Positions 9,619-18,335 of a stretch of DNA of 64,000 nt are shown piece by piece (position 1 is the stretch's first letter; every line of letters begins with the position of its first letter). This DNA is from Dehalococcoidia bacterium. Lineage in GTDB: Bacteria; Chloroflexota; Dehalococcoidia; Lucifugimonadales; UBA3495. The notes under the pieces were generated by a model that saw only the letters and a program-made list of their open reading frames with translations, had not been told where the DNA came from and did no database searches. Position numbers and translations under genes: made by a program. Location: NCBI GenBank assembly GCA_034428795.1, contig DAOUHF010000121.1, positions 3,680-67,679 on the forward strand. Direction: 5' to 3'.

Positions 9619-9720
9619 GGTTAGTGGCCAGTGGCTAGTTGTCAGAGGATAATCACCGACCCCAGCGCCAGCCAACTAACCACTATTCACTAACCACTGA
9701 CCACCGGCCACTGACCACCA
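9619..9720. repeat. Inverted pair of heptamer tandem arrays (GGYYAGT x ~4; spacer; ACTRACC x ~6)
   Basis: 9619-9646 ggttagt ggccagt ggctagt tgtcaga; 9675-9720 actaacc actattc actaacc actgacc accggcc actgacc acca. Confidence 0.85.
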
Positions 9721-9732
9721 AAAGGAGACGGC

Positions 9733-10002
9733 ATGGCCAGGTTTCTTGCTACCCACACAGTCTCCGGACTCACCGAAGAGGAATTCCGGGAAAAGCTGGG
9801 GGCTGTCCGCAAATGGCGGCCAGACCGCCGCACCACCATCCTCAAGGTTTACGCCGACACCCAGAACGGCAAGCTGGTCACCGAATGCGAGGCCGCCGAG
9901 CAGGCCCACTTCGAAGACTGGATGAAGATGGTAGGCTGGCCCGCCGAGTCCATCTACGAGATAGACATGGTCTGCCAGGTGGGCAACATCTGGAAGCTGT
10001 AG
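9733..10002 (+). CDS. Small protein, DUF4242/nickel-binding-like
   Basis: AAGGAG RBS; MARFLATH...KVYADTQNGKLVTECEA...H...GWPAESIYEI pattern. Confidence 0.6.
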   Translation: MARFLATHTVSGLTEEEFREKLGAVRKWRPDRRTTILKVYADTQNGKLVTECEAAEQAHFEDWMKMVGWPAESIYEIDMVCQVGNIWKL

Positions 10003-10003
10003 G
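9976..10003 (+). repeat. 28-bp exact direct repeat, left copy (CAGGTGGGCAACATCTGGAAGCTGTAGG), encoding the C-terminus and stop of the 9733 gene
   Basis: Identical copy at 14036-14063. Confidence 0.95.
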
Positions 10004-10014
10004 GGTGGGGCCGT

Positions 10015-11742
10015 TCAGGGCGTTGGATGATTCCACGGGCTCCGATTTATGTTGGAGAGACCCTTGCGAGTCCGCTCTTTGTCGTCCCTCCTTTCGTGTT
10101 CAAACAGGCGATGAAGAGCTTGAGCCTGCCCCGTAGTCTGCCAGGGAGTGCTCCCAACGATCACAGTTCTCCTTGGGCCCGTCTTCACTGATTGCTGTTC
10201 TATGCCGACCCTACCATATCTATCAATTATCAAGCGCAAGGTATGGCCAATCAGTCGTGCGTCTATTTTTTCATCGATGTACTCTTGCGAGAGAACGAGT
10301 CCGTTGGGATAGGTGATACTTAGTTGGTAGGTCTTAGGGAATAAACCGGAGCGCATGATTGCAGATCGCCGTGTTACTGGAGATGAAACGAACACAGCGA
10401 ATGGCCTGAAATCTGCCGCGAAATTTTGGAATGGTACATATTCCGCTTTGTCTCCCGACTCAAGGTCCTCTAAAGTTACGTGGGCTGGAAGCCGGTTCAG
10501 ATACAAAGGAGAATAGGAATCCGTGTAGCTGTAGCAGGCGCCCATGCTGATCCCTACCAATTCCAGGTCCGGAGTTCCAGCGAGCGCGGGTAGCAACTCC
10601 GCGGCGGTGATAACTTTGTCAGAACCGAACCAATTTGACAGGTTCTTACGGAATGACGGTAACCTGGTCGGGCCTCCAAAAAGGATGATCTTATCGACGT
10701 CCTCAGCCATGTGATTCCGGGTTAACTGCCAAACGCACCTGACCGCCCCGGTAATGTTTCTTGAAATTATTTCGCCGATGGGAGGGTCATCTTCACCGTG
10801 ACCGCGTTTCCACAGCGTTTTTGCGCCAATATATGCGTCGTGGGCCGTCGAGAGCGACTTTCTTGTGAAGCCACGCGCTTCCAGCGCTTCTTCCACATCG
10901 TTCAATGTGAGAACGACTTGGCCCAGAGACACGGAGGGATTTACGTCAGTAAGCTGTTCTTTTGCCTTCCGTAGCAGGTCCGGTTGGCCACGATAGCCCT
11001 TTTTCTTGGTCAACCACTCATCCAGGTCGGACCCTCCCAACAAAGGGTGTCCGTCCGCCCCGTAGACTAACATTTGGTCTTCGTCGACCTCTACGAGGGC
11101 GCAGTCGAATGAGCCGCCTCCGAAATCAAAGACCAAATACGAGCCGTGGCCCAGGTCTCCCAGCCTGCGGGCGAGAGTTAGAAATAGAATTGGCTCCTCG
11201 GAAACCCAATCGACGTTCCCCTTGCCAGTAACGTCAGATAGCGCTTGGGCCAATCCTTCCCGGTAAGACAGGTCCGCATGTACCGGGCAACCTGCGCGCC
11301 ATTCAAATTCACCCTCCAAGCGGGCGCGGCGGAATCCCTCAGCCAAGATCCCACGTATCAGTTGCCATACTGGAAATTCGTGACCCCATGCCTGAACACA
11401 ACCATTTTGTGGGCTCCACCAAGTTGGCGGCCATTGCGGGATTTCCTCTTGGGAGTTTCGAACTCCCAGGTGCCATGCTACATAGGCGTCGGTGGACAAG
11501 GCAATTCTCTTGATATTCCTTATCACCAGAGTTCTGTTGTCTTCGTCCTGCAGGGCATCAGCCTCCTCTCCTACGACGACAGAGATTTCGCCGTCTGTCT
11601 CTCGCCGCAAAGCTACGACCGCTGGCATAGTCGTAGTATTCTGGGCGCCGATGAAGCTCGGTTGAGGGGGAAGGTCCTGCTCGGAATCCCAAGTCGAAAT
11701 CCTGACATTGATCGTACCGAAATCTACACCGAGGCCTTGCAT
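10015..11742 (-). CDS. Atypical Hsp70/actin-fold ATPase
   Basis: GVDFGTIN phosphate-1 motif, EEP, LVFDFGGGSFD phosphate-2 motif, LGGSDLD, IILFGGPTRLP; no canonical DnaK substrate-binding domain recognised. Confidence 0.85.
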   Translation of the reverse strand: MQGLGVDFGTINVRISTWDSEQDLPPQPSFIGAQNTTTMPAVVALRRETDGEISVVVGEEADALQDEDNRTLVIRNIKRIALSTDAYVAWHLGVRNSQEEIPQWPPTWWSPQNGCVQAWGHEFPVWQLIRGILAEGFRRARLEGEFEWRAGCPVHADLSYREGLAQALSDVTGKGNVDWVSEEPILFLTLARRLGDLGHGSYLVFDFGGGSFDCALVEVDEDQMLVYGADGHPLLGGSDLDEWLTKKKGYRGQPDLLRKAKEQLTDVNPSVSLGQVVLTLNDVEEALEARGFTRKSLSTAHDAYIGAKTLWKRGHGEDDPPIGEIISRNITGAVRCVWQLTRNHMAEDVDKIILFGGPTRLPSFRKNLSNWFGSDKVITAAELLPALAGTPDLELVGISMGACYSYTDSYSPLYLNRLPAHVTLEDLESGDKAEYVPFQNFAADFRPFAVFVSSPVTRRSAIMRSGLFPKTYQLSITYPNGLVLSQEYIDEKIDARLIGHTLRLIIDRYGRVGIEQQSVKTGPRRTVIVGSTPWQTTGQAQALHRLFEHERRDDKERTRKGLSNINRSPWNHPTP

Positions 11743-13248
11743 TTACTCGCTCTCCGATTGACGTATCACGTTGGCCTTGAGGATCATACGATCACCAAAC
11801 GGTCCCCCGCGAACGATCACGCCCGGAGCTACCGTCAGCACTAAGGTACCGCTGGGAATTTCCCCCGCTGAGTAGTGTAACGCCGGGTCGTATATCACCG
11901 TTTCGCCGACCGTCCCAAGCGTCCCGGCCCCGCCCTCCCGTAGTGCGATTGGTAGACTGTCTATGACATTTTCTAGTCGGGCTTGAGCACTCGTTTCCGA
12001 CTGGTAGGCCCGCTGGAGCGTGTCACCGACAGCGAGCAACATACCCTGGCGGATTTCGAGTCTGGATTCCTCGCGGCCAGAGGCCATTTGAGCACGGAAC
12101 GCTTGCACCTGCTGGCTTAAGCGTTGTTGTTCCCGGCACCTTAGTCTCAACTGATCCTCGTAGTATGTACTCTTCTGTTCTTGGTCCGACCGCTGTTGCT
12201 CCAATCGGCTCTCGTAAGATAAGCGCTGCTGTTCGAGCTGACCCTCGTAGGACAGGCACAGCATTTCTCGTTCCTGCTGATGTTGTCCCAGTTGTGTCTC
12301 ATAGTCCGCGCGCTGCTGTTTCTGATCCAGCCGCTGCTGTTCCAGCCGCTCCTCGTAAAATCTCGACCGCTGCGCGCCCAATTGACCAGATAAAGCCCCC
12401 GCCAGAAACTTGGATAATCCTGTCTCTTCGGTGTGTTGAGACAACCGGCCGAGCAACTCGACGGTCTGCTCAATCAAATGTCTATCGGAATCCGGCCACG
12501 TGCACCCAATCCATCGCATAGAGGCCCGGCTCACCGACTCGAGCCAGCCCGCCGCCACCGTTGGAGGAGTGCTATCTGACGTCAAAATCCCTCGGGCCCC
12601 CCATATCGTCCGGTCTAAGGCCGGCCCGATTGTCTCGGCAGGCCACTTATCGAGAGCGCCGCATACTGCCTTCGTCGGCGAACGCCCCGGTGGAGGTTCA
12701 GCAATCTCGCTTAGTAGCCACCTCTCCCAGTCGGATACCGTAGCTGGTTTCGGTTTCGGCGGCGGTGGCGCCAGGGGTTCCATTGGCACGTCGTCAACAT
12801 CGACGCCGAGGTTGAGACCGATCTCGTTGATCGCGTTTTTCTTGGTTCTGACGGTCTTGAAATACTTTGACCCGCCAGCGGCCACCCTTACCCGTTCCCA
12901 CCAAGAGTTCCATTTCACGGTCTCACCAAAGACATGGGCTTGAAGCTTTCCCTTGATTTCGCTGGCTTTGGCCGTGCCGCCAATATCCGCCAAGGTTGCG
13001 GCAAGGAGTTTAAGAGGCGCATCCTCTACCCAGGGCCGAATCTTATCCGGGCCGTCCCAGATCATCGCCTCAAGGCCGTCGTCCGGAAGCGCCGTCAAAT
13101 GACGGGCCACTGATAAGCTCATCTGGCGGGTTTCGCTGGTCTTGAAATCGACCGTAACGCCGCCGGATTCATCCCGCCCGATGACCCTGCCTACTCCCAA
13201 GCTATTGTGGCGGACAAACGTCCCTGGCTGAATCCTTGTGCTCGTCAT
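11743..13248 (-). CDS. Multidomain protein: GreA-associated-like N-terminal domain, coiled coil, C-terminal GrpE-like domain
   Basis: N-term VRHNSLGVGRV..VTVDF..MSLSVA..L..L and EIKGKL...WNSWWERVR; YExxLEQQR repeats; C-term LGTVGETVIYDPALH..GTLVLTVAPG...RMILKANV. Confidence 0.6.
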   Translation of the reverse strand: MTSTRIQPGTFVRHNSLGVGRVIGRDESGGVTVDFKTSETRQMSLSVARHLTALPDDGLEAMIWDGPDKIRPWVEDAPLKLLAATLADIGGTAKASEIKGKLQAHVFGETVKWNSWWERVRVAAGGSKYFKTVRTKKNAINEIGLNLGVDVDDVPMEPLAPPPPKPKPATVSDWERWLLSEIAEPPPGRSPTKAVCGALDKWPAETIGPALDRTIWGARGILTSDSTPPTVAAGWLESVSRASMRWIGCTWPDSDRHLIEQTVELLGRLSQHTEETGLSKFLAGALSGQLGAQRSRFYEERLEQQRLDQKQQRADYETQLGQHQQEREMLCLSYEGQLEQQRLSYESRLEQQRSDQEQKSTYYEDQLRLRCREQQRLSQQVQAFRAQMASGREESRLEIRQGMLLAVGDTLQRAYQSETSAQARLENVIDSLPIALREGGAGTLGTVGETVIYDPALHYSAGEIPSGTLVLTVAPGVIVRGGPFGDRMILKANVIRQSESE

Positions 13249-13263
13249 TCCACTTCCTGTCTG

Positions 13264-13968
13264 TCAGTAGAGAAGTTCAATTTCCTTGGCCAGCCAGAGC
13301 CGTTCCAACCCTAGCGACTCCAGGGGAACAAGGCGGGCGTAAATTACGGCGTTCTGGACGATGCCCTGTCCGGCCCGAATTCGTGGCGCAAGAAAAGTGT
13401 AACTTAGGTAGTCTATCGCCGATTCATCATCCGCCAACTCGTCAACGTGAACGGTGATCTGAACGGGGTCGGCGTCGCCTATTGCCCTCGTCAGTTGCTC
13501 GAATCCCATGGAATCCCGTCCGATGTTGAATCGCCGCGCCAAATCGGGTTGGGACCGCTCCCGCACCACCCCGGTTATCTCCTCTGCCGACGACCCCAAC
13601 GGATCAATCCTCATCGTCTCTCGCACGAGGTTCCGGCTTTCGCGGACGCGTTTCGTTATTGCGGGGACGATGGAGTCCCTGCCGCCACGCAAGCTTGGCA
13701 AGAGATCGTAGGCGCCTTGGCGACCGCCCGAGATGTTGATTCCGATAGTCGCCCCCCAGCTAGAGGGGCCTGCGTAAGGCGTCCCGCCGCTTTGCCCACC
13801 GGCGGCTGGCTGCGTCTGGCAATCGTGGAGTGGCCAACCGTCGCCGAGTACGTCGAACAACACCCGAGAGCCGCAATCACATGAAAAGAAGAAGATCCTC
13901 TCTCCACAATAGCGGCAATTCAACGGGAAGGTGTTCGTTTTGCAGTGAAGACCATGAATCATAGACAC
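13264..13968 (-). CDS. Hypothetical protein with N-terminal Cys/His cluster (possible Zn finger)
   Basis: CRYCGERIFFFSCDCGSRVLFDVLGDGWPLHDC; first gene of the operon. Confidence 0.7.
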   Translation of the reverse strand: MSMIHGLHCKTNTFPLNCRYCGERIFFFSCDCGSRVLFDVLGDGWPLHDCQTQPAAGGQSGGTPYAGPSSWGATIGINISGGRQGAYDLLPSLRGGRDSIVPAITKRVRESRNLVRETMRIDPLGSSAEEITGVVRERSQPDLARRFNIGRDSMGFEQLTRAIGDADPVQITVHVDELADDESAIDYLSYTFLAPRIRAGQGIVQNAVIYARLVPLESLGLERLWLAKEIELLY

Positions 13969-14035
13969 CGGTTTTCGATCGCGGTCCGAGGGAGGGCATC
14001 ACCTAAACTAACAATTGGGAATATATTGTATCCGA

Positions 14036-14063
14036 CAGGTGGGCAACATCTGGAAGCTGTAGG
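14036..14063 (+). repeat. 28-bp exact direct repeat, right copy
   Basis: Identical to 9976-10003. Confidence 0.95.
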
Positions 14064-14149
14064 CGGCGGGGGCCGAGGCAATCGCTAGCCGGCTGTAGTT
14101 GAGGGTACAAGGTTTCGTCTGAACTGCACGTATCGCGTATCGGGTCAAA

Positions 14150-14722
14150 TTAAGTGGCCAGCACCTCACGCAGGTCATCGAAGAAGATATTCAGCGAAGC
14201 TACATTTTGCCGGGCCCGGAAGAGGCCATCGTACCGACAATATCATCTGCATATTCCGCGCCGTTCAGCAAGGAATCAACCCCTCCTTCTCGAAAAAGCC
14301 TTCTGAGTTGCGTTTTCAAAGATGCGCAATCGCAGCCGGCCGGTATCGGCGGTGTGGTATTTGCTTGGGCAACGGTTCTAATCGCTTCCTGGTCGGCCAG
14401 ATACCAAGCCTCTATGCAGGGGTTTGGAGCCGCAATTACCAAGGGGCCTAAATAACCGTTGGCATTTCGCAGCAGCGCACTCTTGGTTTCCGGTACTCCC
14501 CGGCAGTCGGTATCCTGAGCTGCTACCACCATGTCGTATCCGGCATAACCCGATTTCAGGTAGTCCAAGACATATCTTCGGAATGACCCCTCCATGCTGG
14601 GTTTCCCACCGGTCGCGTTGCGTGTATCGAAATCGATCACTTCTCCGGGAATGATTTGGCTGGCGGCCTTACGTATGAGACTTGTGATGTCCAACGTCCT
14701 CGAGAAACAGCCCTATTCTCAC
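14150..14722 (-). pseudogene. DUF4276-like partner of the ATPase, two frameshifts
   Basis: GTG at 14722 gives MRIGLFLEDVGH, then the frame shifts to ITSLIRKAASQ... (PNPCIEAWYLAD motif). A second shift near 14226 hides the tail LFRARQNVASLNIFFDDLREVLAT* (TAA 14152-14150). Confidence 0.75.
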
Positions 14723-14725
14723 CGG

Positions 14726-15979
14726 TTAGCCACCTAAGTCCCCACGGATAATCCTCTCGTCTAGCGCCGTGTCGATGTCTTCTGGCTTGAACATCGGCGC
14801 CTTCAGCGGGAAGGGAGTGAACTGCGATCGGTGCCCATCGCGGTACGCAACAACCAAATCAGCGTTTTCAAAGTACTTGGGCATCAGTGGAGAATGGGTC
14901 GTAACGAGTAATTGTTGGCTCATCGACCGGGCTCTTTCCGACAATATTTTGGCGGTTAGCTCGATTCTCCGGGGATGGACTCCATTTTCGGGCTCTTCGA
15001 AACCGATAGTAGTATTGTCTTCTTGGGACGACAGGATAGCCAATAAACCCAATACTCTCAGGGTGCCTTCGGAAATGACTCGCGATGAATAAAAAACCTC
15101 GCCCTCAACAATCAACAACTCCACGAACCCTTCGTCGGTGCGTCGGACGTCCAGGCCGGAAACCGCTGGAACGACCTGCCGCAGAGTCTTAGACAGCGCA
15201 TCGAATTGTCTAGGATTCTTGGCTTTCAGATTGAAGAAATAACCCGCCAAATCCTGACCGTTCGGTCCGATCGCCCGCACTTCCTTTAGCGGCGTATTCT
15301 CCCGCATGAGTATTGGATCGAAATAGTAGAAACTCCAGCGGGCCAATTCCTCTTTGAATGCAGTAATATGCGGATAATGCGGCGCGTATAAAGGCTGTGA
15401 GCCGATAGTGTAAGGTAGTCCGACATCGTGCATAGTCGGATGTGCCTGCCCTTCCATTCGTAGCGAGAGTTTGTCACCGGTTCGTTCGAAGAAGGGGTTT
15501 CTACTCTTCCGCTCGCTCCCGTCTTTGTTCAACGCTACGAGCCGCTCGTCAGCCACCCTCAACACCGCAGTCTCCGGCAAAAACTCAATCGCTAGAGAAT
15601 ATCGCAAGTTGAGTTCAGTAACGTGCCTGGTGCTGGAGGTCGTTAGTCCTTCTCGAAGGTCCCTAATTCGTTTCTCCGTTACGTTAACCGCTTGGTCAGA
15701 AAGAGAAACATCAGCGGTTATCCTGAGTTCGAGTTTTGGCTGGTCAAGCGAATGCTGAATGCCGCGTTCGGTGAAGAACGCTTCCACTGGAATTCCGCGG
15801 TGGGCGTCAAAAGCAGTCTTCAGGTCGGGTTGGGTCACCATTGCGCTTAAAAGGCGGAGAGCATCAAACATATTGCTCTTGCCGGAGGCGTTCGGTCCGA
15901 CGAACACAGTGAGTGGACGAAGCGTCAACTTGACGTCGCAAAGCGATTTGTAGCCGGAAATTTCTACTTGGGTAATCAT
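14726..15979 (-). CDS. AAA/ABC-type ATPase (AAA_21/COG4637-like)
   Basis: VFVGPNASGKSN Walker A, ISEGTLRVLGLL signature, IGFEEPENGVHP Walker B, LVTTHSP. Confidence 0.9.
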   Translation of the reverse strand: MITQVEISGYKSLCDVKLTLRPLTVFVGPNASGKSNMFDALRLLSAMVTQPDLKTAFDAHRGIPVEAFFTERGIQHSLDQPKLELRITADVSLSDQAVNVTEKRIRDLREGLTTSSTRHVTELNLRYSLAIEFLPETAVLRVADERLVALNKDGSERKSRNPFFERTGDKLSLRMEGQAHPTMHDVGLPYTIGSQPLYAPHYPHITAFKEELARWSFYYFDPILMRENTPLKEVRAIGPNGQDLAGYFFNLKAKNPRQFDALSKTLRQVVPAVSGLDVRRTDEGFVELLIVEGEVFYSSRVISEGTLRVLGLLAILSSQEDNTTIGFEEPENGVHPRRIELTAKILSERARSMSQQLLVTTHSPLMPKYFENADLVVAYRDGHRSQFTPFPLKAPMFKPEDIDTALDERIIRGDLGG

Positions 15980-16060
15980 TGTGGCTTATATTCTATCATT
16001 ATCACGCTCCTCCCCTCGCTATCCTATTGTGCTGTACGGCATTGCCCTGGATAGAACAAT

Positions 16061-16585
16061 CTACCCCACCAACCCCCACGCCCCCACGGGCCAGCAGCGC
16101 AGCCAAACTCGGCCTATGATTTGGTCGAACGACACCGGGCCGAAGGCGCGGCTGTCGTCGCTGTTTTGGCGGTTGTCACCCAGGACGAAGACCTCCTCTG
16201 GACCGTTCCACCAGGTCTGTCGCGGCTCGGCGTCTACACCCGGATACCCCAGCGGCGGGGCCATCAGGTACTCCTCTGGCAGCAGCACGTCGTCGGCGTA
16301 GACCCTCCCCCCGGCCATCTTCACTTCTTCGTCGGGAAGGGCCGCGATCCGCTTGATGTAGATTCCTTCGGGCAGACCGGGTCGCCGCAGCACCACCACG
16401 TCGCCCCGTTGGAGATAGTTCCAAGAGAAGACCGGGCGCACCACCAGGACCGACTGTCCGTGTTCCAGCGTGGGGCTCATGCTGTTGCCCTCCACCTTGA
16501 AGCGGGCGGAAAACAGCAGGTTGAGGAAGTTCTGGGCCCAGGAGAGGGGCGGGCCCGTGGGCCGTAGCGAACGTCTGGTAGCCAT
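16061..16585 (-). CDS. lepB: Signal peptidase I
   Basis: VEGNSMSPTL (Ser), RGDVVV, YIKRI (Lys), VFVLGDNRQNSDDSRAFG. Confidence 0.9.
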   Translation of the reverse strand: MATRRSLRPTGPPLSWAQNFLNLLFSARFKVEGNSMSPTLEHGQSVLVVRPVFSWNYLQRGDVVVLRRPGLPEGIYIKRIAALPDEEVKMAGGRVYADDVLLPEEYLMAPPLGYPGVDAEPRQTWWNGPEEVFVLGDNRQNSDDSRAFGPVSFDQIIGRVWLRCWPVGAWGLVG

Positions 16586-16650
16586 GGGAGCCCCAGTATT
16601 CTAGGTTTGAACCGGACTGAGCCGCAACCGGCGGCGCGGTCCCGCCGGTG

Positions 16651-16701
16651 CCCCCATCCTAACCTTCCCCCATCGGGGGGAAGGGACTTGTTCAGATGTT
16701 C
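16651..16701 (+). repeat. REP-like hairpin element, copy 1
   Basis: CCCCCATCCTAACCTTCCCCCATCGGGGGGAAGGGACTTGTTCAGATGTTC; stem CCTTCCCCC/GGGGGAAGG. Confidence 0.88.
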
Positions 16702-16796
16702 CCTAGACTAACCACCGGCGCTAACCTACAATTCCGGCAGCAACTAGCCGGCAGCAACTAGAAAGAAACATCGACTAACCACCGCAGGAGGCAACG

Positions 16797-17864
16797 ATGG
16801 AAAACGGCTTGATCCGAATCGGCTTGATCGGCGCCGGGGCCAACACCCGTCTCCGCCACATTCCCAGTTTCCGGGAACAGTCCGGAGTGGAAATCGTCGC
16901 CGTGGCCAACCGGAGCCGCGAGTCGGGTGAACGCATCGCGAGCGAGTACGAAATCCCCAAGGTCTACGACAACTGGCTGGAGTTGATGGAAGACGACAGC
17001 ATTGACGCCGTCTGCGTCGGCACCTGGCCTTACATGCACCGCAACCTGGTGCTGGCCGCCTTGGAAGCCGACAAGCACGTACTCACCGAAGCCCGCATGG
17101 CCATGAACGCCCAAGAGGCCCACGACATGCTCGACGCCTCCAGCCAGTTCCCTCACCTGGTCACCCAGATAGTGCCCGCCCCCCAGACCCTGGAGGTCGA
17201 CGCCACCGTCAAGGAATATGTGGCCAACGGTTACCTGGGCGAAATCCTGGCCGTGCGGCTGCGGGTCTGCGACTACCACGGCCGCAGCAACCGGGCCGAC
17301 ACCTTCATCGACACCGAAGCGCCGTTGCACTGGCGGCAAGACCGCACTCTGAGCGGCTACAACATCCTGGGCATGGGCATCTGGTATGAGGCTGTCATGC
17401 GGTACGTGGGTCCCGCCACCCGCGTTTCCGCCATGACCAGGGTGTTCGCCAACAGGCGCCGCGACGAGAACGGGGTCGTGCAGGCGGTGTCGGTGCCCGA
17501 CCACGTCAACGTCCTGTGCGAGATGGCCTGCGGAGCCCAGGCCGATTTTAGCTGGAGCACCGTGACCGGGCTGCAGACCGGCACCGATTTCTGGATTTTC
17601 GGCGCCGACGGGACCATCAGCCTGCAGGGACCGCCCTTCAACAAGGTCCTGGGCGGCAAAAGAGGGGCCGAGCAGCTTGAGGAATTGCCCATCGCACCGG
17701 AGATGAGGGGCAAGTGGCGAGTGGAGGAGGAGTTCTGCAACGCCATCCGCGGCACGGAGTCCATCACCCACACTCCCTTCGACATCGGCGTGCAATACAT
17801 GGAGTTCACCGAGGCGGTGACCCGGAGCGCCCAAACCGGACAGGCGGTGTCGCTGCCGCTTTAG
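16797..17864 (+). CDS. Gfo/Idh/MocA family oxidoreductase (paralog 1)
   Basis: RIGLIGAGANTR, DAVCVGTWPYMH, KHVLTEARMA. Confidence 0.9.
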   Translation: MENGLIRIGLIGAGANTRLRHIPSFREQSGVEIVAVANRSRESGERIASEYEIPKVYDNWLELMEDDSIDAVCVGTWPYMHRNLVLAALEADKHVLTEARMAMNAQEAHDMLDASSQFPHLVTQIVPAPQTLEVDATVKEYVANGYLGEILAVRLRVCDYHGRSNRADTFIDTEAPLHWRQDRTLSGYNILGMGIWYEAVMRYVGPATRVSAMTRVFANRRRDENGVVQAVSVPDHVNVLCEMACGAQADFSWSTVTGLQTGTDFWIFGADGTISLQGPPFNKVLGGKRGAEQLEELPIAPEMRGKWRVEEEFCNAIRGTESITHTPFDIGVQYMEFTEAVTRSAQTGQAVSLPL

Positions 17865-17876
17865 GCGGAAAAGGTT

Positions 17877-18259
17877 ATGGGAGAGTTTACTTGGCAGATC
17901 AGCGTCTGGAGCGCCGACCGGAGTGCTTAGAAACGGTGGCCGCGCTGGTTGATACCGGCTCTTCGTATTCAGCGTTTCCCCGGACTATGCTCGAACGTCT
18001 GGGGGTTGTGCCGCGTTTCCTCCTGCCGTTCGAAATGGCCGACGGCAGCATCATCCATAGGGATGTCGGCTTGGCTATGCTGGTGATTAACGACAGCGAG
18101 AGCTCCATGCGCGTCATATTCGGTGATGACGACGCCGAGCCCTTAATCGGCGCCAACGCGCTGCAAGAATTTTTGCTTATGGTAGACCCGGTTGAGGAAC
18201 GGCTGGTTCCGCGGACAGGAAGAATGAAGCCTTTGGGGAGGGGAAAGCCCCCATCCTAA
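17877..18259 (+). pseudogene. Clan AA aspartic protease (retropepsin-like), 1-bp frameshift after codon ~16
   Basis: MGEFTWQISVWSADRS / LETVAALVDTGSSYS...LIGANALQ; collinear with the intact 19396 paralog; its stop lies inside REP copy 2. Confidence 0.8.
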
Positions 18260-18298
18260 CCTTCCTCCATCGGGGGGAGGGGACTTGTTCAGATGTTC
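18248..18298 (+). repeat. REP-like hairpin element, copy 2
   Basis: 49/51 identical to copy 1. Confidence 0.88.
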
Positions 18299-18335
18299 TC
18301 TAACTCGAACCGGCCACCGGTAAAGGAGAATAAAC

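Larger units (their letters stand above)
10004..14063. mobile_element. ~4 kb integrated element bounded by att-like 28-bp direct repeats; no integrase inside
   Basis: Direct repeats, visibly lower GC than flanks, one tightly packed three-gene operon. Confidence 0.8.

Noticed and set aside
10004-14035. Integrase or transposase inside the direct-repeat element
   Set aside because: None of the three ORFs shows tyrosine/serine recombinase or DDE motifs.
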